Both the position numbers and the translations under genes were made by a program. Below are positions 57,948-64,000 of a stretch of 64,000 bases of DNA, piece after piece. The first letter of the stretch is position 1; every line of letters starts with the position of its first letter. The notes under the pieces were generated by a model that worked only from the letters and a program-made list of their open reading frames with translations, was not told where the DNA came from and made no database searches. This stretch comes from Williopsis jadinii (taxonomy: Eukaryota). The DNA lies in NCBI GenBank assembly GCA_024346625.1, contig AP024665.1:310001-374000 (forward strand), given 5' to 3'.

Positions 57948-58082
57948 AAAATACGCTAGGCCGGGCGTTGTCGTCTTGGTGCATAAGGCACACACCTTTA
58001 CGCACTGTTATTTTACGTACAGGGGAGGACGTTAGATCAAGCCCAACAACGGGAGTGGAGGGACAAATATTCCGTTAGCTCA

Positions 58083-60158
58083 ATGGACGTTCGACTGAAA
58101 CTATCGTCTCTATCGTTTGATAAGAGCTCTTCACAGAGCTCGTCGCCCATATTGCAGAGCTGTTTGTTCTTTGAAGAGAGTCAGCTGGGCATTGGTGAAG
58201 TGGAGCGGTTCGAAGTGAAGTTTCATTACGAAGAAGAGCAGGACCATCTACTACAGAGGGATTCTGATGGCACCCCGTACATATGGCTCAGGGTTAGAAA
58301 CCATGAGAATAACCTGTTCAGGCCGATCTACATCACAGGGCCCTTTTCTCTGTACATAGATGTGACACCGCATAACTATTCCCATCTGGCGGACTTCAAA
58401 GAGGTGATACAGTACGACGATGACGTTAAGCCGGGTCAATCATTCAAGGCAAAGCTTTACCTCTCGGAGAGCAGTAAGATAGATTGCACAAACTGGTACG
58501 GTTGGACCGTTGATGTTGTCTCCCAGCTCACCCTTGCCACTGCTTTCCACATTGCGTTCCGTTTTGGGCTTGCCTATGATTATGACACGTTGCGAAGATA
58601 CAAGGGAGCGGAGATTGCATCGCATCAGACATCACTGAACAAATGCCAAGTGACTAAATTCAATACGCATGACTTGTGGAACGCTGCACCGTCAGTACCT
58701 GAGAATCCATCACACCTGGTGATGATAACTCATGGCATTTTCTCAAACATTGGCGCTGATATGCTCTATCTACGAGATCAAATCCTCAAGACGTCATCTC
58801 CGGAAAGCAATGTCATAGTGAGAGGGTTTGATGGAAATGTCGGTAAATCGGATCACGGAATACGATATCTGGGTAAAAGAGTTGCGGAATATACTATGCA
58901 ACTATGCAAAGAATCACGGTACGAGATAGACAGGATTTCCTTTGTTGGCCACTCATTAGGTGGTCCAGTACAAGCATACGCAATCACGTACATCGTCAAC
59001 AAGGACCCGAAGTTCTTTGATAAGATCAAACCCCAGAACTTTATAATCATGGCAAGTCCGATGTTGGGGATTACAGAATTCCCCAAGTTTGTCTCAATGG
59101 CACTGGATGTTGGTCTGTTGGGGAGAACAGGGAGGGATCTCATGCTAAGGCATAAATTTCCATCTCTTATCAACAAATCGGAAGATGCAGAAAGCCGTAG
59201 ATCATTAACGTCGAAACCTGTCATGGAACAAATTATGACGAGCAAGAGTGCTCATAAGGTCTTTACACAGTTCAGCAACAGAACCCTATAAGCAAATGCT
59301 ATTAACGATGGAATTGTGCCCTTGAGGACATCTGCACTCTTGTATTTGGATTGGAAGAGCCTTGGTAATATAAAGGAGCAGAAAGAGAAGTACGAACACA
59401 GAACACAAGATGTTATACAGCATGACGAAAACTCCGCTGACAAGTCATCATCTAACAGCAATAATAACGTTGGGAATCTACATGTCAAGGGGAGCACAAT
59501 CGCTGAGAACCCGCATAGAGAAATGAACAGCTCTGACGGTAAACCGACATTGAAGTTGAGAACAACATCCACTTCGATATTCCAAGAAGCATCGCAAAAG
59601 CAGAGACGAAAGAAACTGAGGAAATACATTCGAACTCAAACCACTGGATCTCCCATAATCAATGATGCGAAAGGTGATGATCCCTTTGCAAGGACTGAAA
59701 TTGCCACACCTGATTCAGATGCATCGAAACTAGAGCAAAGTGAAAATAGTCAGGACTCCAATGACGATCTCTCAATGAATATCCCACCGGTGGCATCCAC
59801 CATCTTGGCTGCTGCCAACGTTCTGATATCACCGGAACCAAACCAAGAGTTCTTATCAACACCTTCTTCGAGGTTCCCAGCAATTTTTCACGATAGAATG
59901 TACTCGTATAAGGATTTACCTCCACAACACTACACCAGCGTTGAAAAGGTTGCAAATCCAATAAAGAAAATGCTGTTCAAAAAGAAAAGGGCACTACAGG
60001 AATCAATTGCAAGGTCATGGCATAGAGACATGGATTGGAGAAAGGTTCTCGTCACTTTAAGACCAGATGCACACAACAACATCGCTGTAAGACGGAAATA
60101 TGTCAATGCATGGGGTTGGGAGGTTGTTGATCATATGGTTAACAACCATTTTGCCTAG
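58083..60158 (+). pseudogene. ROG1: ROG1/YDL109C-family (DUF676) serine lipase interrupted by in-frame TAA at 59289-59291
   Basis: HLVMITHGIFSN, GIRYLGKR, ISFVGHSLGG, then RTL*ANAINDGIVPLRTSAL in the same frame, ending in IARSWH..W.KVLV.L.PDAHNNIAVRR. Confidence 0.85.
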
Positions 60159-60377
60159 TTTAATCGTGGCTTACACCTATTTATCACACAGTGTAGAAAG
60201 TGTTGATTGTATATTCCGATGCCAATTCCGGTATTATTTCCGAAACAAATTCCGCTTCGTGTTGGACGTATCAACATTTTGGTGTTTTTCATGATTTTTT
60301 ACCCTTCATGAACGCTCAACCGTTCAACAAATTGGGCTACTCGTTCAAGGTGTTCTCCATAATCATCAGAATAAGCA

Positions 60378-60779
60378 ATGGCTGGTAAGTACATTCCATT
60401 TGGGTGCTTGACAAGGAACAGAGAGTATCGAAATATACACCGAGAATTCATTTGTACCCATAATATCTTCCCAAACTGATTGGCTAACGTTTTACTGTAG
60501 CTCCTGCTAAAGGTAAAGGTAAAGTTGTGGTTTCACTCATATCGTCAGCTGCTACTGGATATAGAAAGCACATTTTGGTGAATCGTGGTGCACCAATGGT
60601 TACACAGATCCGCTATGATCCTCTTGGTAAGTTATTGCTAATTTGTAGGTGTTGATATTGGAAGTATGACTAACAACAAGCCAACAGTAAAACAAAGAGT
60701 GCTATTCACAGAAGCAAAGAAGAGAAAAGTTACAGAGACTCAACCTTTGAACTTTTCAAGAAAGCCAAAGGGACTCTAA
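60378..60779 (+). CDS. MRPL39: Mitochondrial ribosomal protein bL33m; 3 exons (60378-60384, 60501-60626, 60688-60779), 74 aa
   Basis: Spliced product MAAPAKGKGKVVVSLISSAATGYRKHILVNRGAPMVTQIRYDPLVKQRVLFTEAKKRK...; introns GTAAGT..GCTAAC..TAG and GTAAGT..GACTAAC..CAG; near SPT5 as YML009C/YML010W. Confidence 0.93.
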
Positions 60780-60903
60780 ACCAGATGACCAAGTGGCTAC
60801 TCATTGAGTTTTAGACACCAAGCTTGTACATATGTGAATCAAATTATAACGTCTGATATCTTTTTATCTATTCATGTAACAGAAGCAAACTCACTAGTGT
60901 CTA

Positions 60904-61620
60904 TCATTTCTGTCTTGAGGCTATCGGATTCGCATGGATGGTTACGTCCCTGATATATATAGGCACCTTTGGCCTGCTCTTCTTGTCTACTGAAACGTTT
61001 TCAATCCTAGACAATGTAGCACCAGGTTCATTCTCGGCTCCCATGAGCACCTTACCAAACACCGTATATTTCCCATCTAAGGAGGAATGTTTACCATAGG
61101 TCTGGTTCCGTCGTTAGTATGAGAATGCTAAGAACATTGGAAGCTGTACTCACAATGTAAAACTGTGAACCATTTGTGTTAGGCCCAGTGTTGGCCATAG
61201 CCACAGTTCCCTATCACCAAGTCAGTATATGCACCATAGTTGTATATCATGAGTAGACACTCACTCTTGAATCATGTTTGAGGTCTTGTCGTATTTCATC
61301 CTCAAACTTTCCTCCCCATATTGATTCACCACCTTTACCGGTATTTGTTGGATCGCCGAATTGTACCATAAAGCCCTTGATATTTCGTACAACCTTAGTT
61401 CCAGTATAAGTTCCCATAGCACAATGTGCTAAGAAGTTCTATTCTAGATTAGTACCGTCAGTTAAAGGAAATATCTAATATTGGACTTACCTCTGCGGTT
61501 CTTGGACATTTCTCACAGAATACTTCAATCTTGATATCACCAGAGTCTGTATGTAGCTAAATCTGTTAGTTGGAATGCTCCACAGTCAATAAAACAACTG
61601 CAACTTACAGTAACTGACAT
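60904..61620 (-). CDS. Cyclophilin-type peptidyl-prolyl isomerase, PPIL3/Cyp10-like; 5 exons (61620-61609, 61556-61491, 61438-61265, 61210-61154, 61101-60904), 168 aa
   Basis: Spliced product [99 protein letters not shown]; all four introns are GT..branch..AG, phase 0. Confidence 0.93.
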
Positions 61621-61828
61621 TGAAGCTTCCTTTGGCCAAATTAGCTACAAGTTGTTCTTGTCTTACATGGCAAACTCTTGAAAAAATACACGAAAAAAAA
61701 ACAGCATTCAACGCATGCAACCCGAGACACATTACAACCTACAAAACGATACAGATAATAAATTACATTGTACTATTTTTACTGTCTTCTTCTGCCTTTC
61801 AAGATTCAGAGAGTTTAGAAAACGACCA

Positions 61829-64000
61829 TCACTCCTCATCATCGTCATCATGGTATGCACCGGGCGTCTGTGCTGTTTGTCCATAGCCAGGAGTTGGGGC
61901 ACCTTCATATGGTGTTTGTGCAGATTCGTAAGGTGTTTCATAAGCACCTGGGGTTTGTGCTACCTTATAAGCTCCCGGTGTAGCGGCACTCCATGTACTA
62001 CTCTGCCCATAAGAGGATCTTCCGCCCCATGAAGAATGCCCACCATTTCCTCCCCATGCACTCTGACCACCTGTAGCTCCCCACGAACTTCCACTCCCAG
62101 GACGGCCAGAAGCAGATGCACCGCTACCAGGGTTCGAATTTCCCCATGAACTTGAGTTACCTCCACTGGCACTGTTACCCCATGATGAGTTTCTTCCACC
62201 CCAGGCAGTTCCACTTCCAGTGGCAGCTCCAGATCCACCCCAAGCAGTACCAGAACCACCCCAAGATGTACCAGAACCACCCCAGGCAGTTCCAGATCCA
62301 CCGTATGAAGTGCTACCACCAGCAGTTCCAGATCCCCAAGCTGGCGTCTTACCACCATTTGAAACTGATCCCTGTGACGAATGAGATGGTCCAGATGCAC
62401 TGGAAAAGCTTGGTGCAGCAGCGTTGAATCTTGGTCTCTCATTGATGAATTCTTCGTATGGAACAAGTCTCCCACTTTTATCCACAAATGCCAATTTGTG
62501 TTTCGAAATGGACAAGATCTTGTTCTTTGTATGTAGCTCAACTCTGGCAATGTCATCATTGGTATCTTTGACAATACCACGATAACCCTTGTACTCTCCA
62601 AGTCTGACAGAAACATTTTGGTTTAAGCAACGGTCACGACCAGTTTGTCTTGCAACTGGTAGACGTGGTGGAGCCATTTGTCCACCTGTTCTGAATTTTG
62701 GATTCATCTTAGTCAAGTCGATAGTTTGCTTTTTCTCTGTGATATTCATCTTGGAGGCAACATTGGACACACTCATGTTATCTGTAACGAAAACACCGGA
62801 GTTCTCTGCAGTTTCTTTTGAGTAAACAAAAACATACGATCTGTAAATGTGCAAAACAACGCCTTGTCTTTTGAATCCAGAATTTTCTCTGACAACGTCG
62901 TCAACTTTGATGGATTCACCATTGGAGTCAGTTGCAAACTGGTTCGCTCTTGAAATCTGAACCTTGGATGTGATCGAAGTTGGTGGAAGCGACATCACTC
63001 TACCATCTTGGGCTAATACAGTGAATACATCCTTGTCTGCTCTGATGATGGTACCAACTGTTGATGCATTGATTTGAACCAGATCGTGGAGGCCATATTT
63101 TCCATCCACAAGGGTGGAAGAATCATCAGATTTTGTCAAGTGGTTGGCGAAAACGGTAACATCCTTATGTGATTGATCGGAGATAAATGTTACCTGATCT
63201 TCGTTGATGGAGACAACAATACCTGTATGACCGGCATGTTTACCTTTAAGAACACTGACATGATCACCCTCTGCAAAGATCTTTCTCAAGTTACCCAATG
63301 GGAACTCCAATACTGTTCCTGTCATACCTTGTGGTTTCACAGTGGCAATATCATTGTTCGCAGAAACGACATCACCCTGAAGGCCTTGTTGTTCACCTGT
63401 GAGAACCTGTACCCTATCACCACTGTTGAACACAATTGCATTGGACTGTTTCAAAGACTGTGCAATTGAAGTCAAATCTAAATCTTCAGAGTCACCAGTA
63501 TTGAATTTTGAAATTTCTTCAAGAGATGGTTGCACATTCTGAGTCTCCAAATGTTGTAACTTAAACAATTTGAACAAGAAACCATCAATGTACTCCTCTC
63601 CTCTGAAATTGAAGTTATTGCTCGATCTAGCAATTAAACTTTGGGGATCGAATTCCAATGCATCTTTCTTACTAAACAGTCTCTGTGGTGGTCTGAACTT
63701 TGAAGTTGCCCTTTTACGCTTACCATTTTCATCAACTTCTGAACCTTTGTAGTCGATTCTTGGAACAATTTGAAGTGTGACTTCCAAGCCATTCTCCTCA
63801 ATCGCATCAACCATGGCCAAATCACCTTTATACTTACCTCTTTTGATTCTGACATATGAGCCAGGTGTCAATTTGATCTCTGTTGATTTGCTTGGTCTTA
63901 ACAAATCTGGAAACTCTTCGACAGGAACAAGCACTTTGTTGTTTGCATAGATATCAGGGACACCTCTGATAGCGACATCTACAGCAGCAAGCTTCTCTGC
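61829..64000 (-). CDS. SPT5: Transcription elongation factor Spt5 (5'-partial)
   Basis: KOW motifs (YVRIKRGKYKGDLA, GDHVSVLKGKHAG, GEYKGYRGIVKD) and C-terminal repeats GGKTPAWG/GSGTAWG; frame runs off the window edge. Confidence 0.97.
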   Translation of the reverse strand, partial: AEKLAAVDVAIRGVPDIYANNKVLVPVEEFPDLLRPSKSTEIKLTPGSYVRIKRGKYKGDLAMVDAIEENGLEVTLQIVPRIDYKGSEVDENGKRKRATSKFRPPQRLFSKKDALEFDPQSLIARSSNNFNFRGEEYIDGFLFKLFKLQHLETQNVQPSLEEISKFNTGDSEDLDLTSIAQSLKQSNAIVFNSGDRVQVLTGEQQGLQGDVVSANNDIATVKPQGMTGTVLEFPLGNLRKIFAEGDHVSVLKGKHAGHTGIVVSINEDQVTFISDQSHKDVTVFANHLTKSDDSSTLVDGKYGLHDLVQINASTVGTIIRADKDVFTVLAQDGRVMSLPPTSITSKVQISRANQFATDSNGESIKVDDVVRENSGFKRQGVVLHIYRSYVFVYSKETAENSGVFVTDNMSVSNVASKMNITEKKQTIDLTKMNPKFRTGGQMAPPRLPVARQTGRDRCLNQNVSVRLGEYKGYRGIVKDTNDDIARVELHTKNKILSISKHKLAFVDKSGRLVPYEEFINERPRFNAAAPSFSSASGPSHSSQGSVSNGGKTPAWGSGTAGGSTSYGGSGTAWGGSGTSWGGSGTAWGGSGAATGSGTAWGGRNSSWGNSASGGNSSSWGNSNPGSGASASGRPGSGSSWGATGGQSAWGGNGGHSSWGGRSSYGQSSTWSAATPGAYKVAQTPGAYETPYESAQTPYEGAPTPGYGQTAQTPGAYHDDDDEE

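Noticed and set aside
57566..58078. 170-aa and 88-aa ORFs between SSN2 and the lipase
   Set aside because: They overlap SSN2 exon 1, its intron and the promoter; explained by GC-rich promoter sequence.
61880..62350. Tandem G/C-rich repeats (CCCCAGGCAGTTCCAGATCCA-like)
   Set aside because: They encode the normal Spt5 C-terminal repeats (GSGTAWG, QTPGAY); not a CRISPR array or satellite. The overlapping 218-aa ORF is a by-product.

Overview
Budding-yeast (Saccharomycotina) nuclear chromosome segment using the standard code (CTG at conserved Leu positions, e.g. ArgRS PRLRI). Relatively intron-rich with degenerate splice signals, consistent with a Phaffomycetaceae-like yeast such as Cyberlindnera or Wickerhamomyces (inference). 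About 31 protein genes, many in micro-synteny with S. cerevisiae (HEL2-PEX10, HXT-ArgRS, YFT2-MCM21, RGD3-SVP26, UNG1/PSP2/DOT1/APT1/NSE5/SSN2, MRPL39-SPT5), plus two tRNA genes. Thirteen spliceosomal introns were reconstructed by hand; two genes missing from the ORF track (MRPL39 and a 5-exon PPIL3-type cyclophilin) were recovered this way. Highlights: (1) a frameshifted relic of a prokaryotic-type IS607 serine-recombinase transposase (the family that carries TnpB/Fanzor2) at about 22.08-22.43 kb; (2) just downstream, a secreted 826-aa polyprotein-like protein with four Cys-rich modules and Kex2-type sites; (3) a 5.4-kb gene-free, AT-richer block with a possible Crypton/Ndc10-type tyrosine recombinase relic (centromere candidate); (4) apparent loss-of-function lesions in AQY1 and a ROG1-family lipase; (5) a possible recursive or alternative-donor intron in a GH3 beta-glucosidase; (6) an atypical tRNA-Val(CAC). 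All calls come from manual reading and recalled family motifs; no searches were run.
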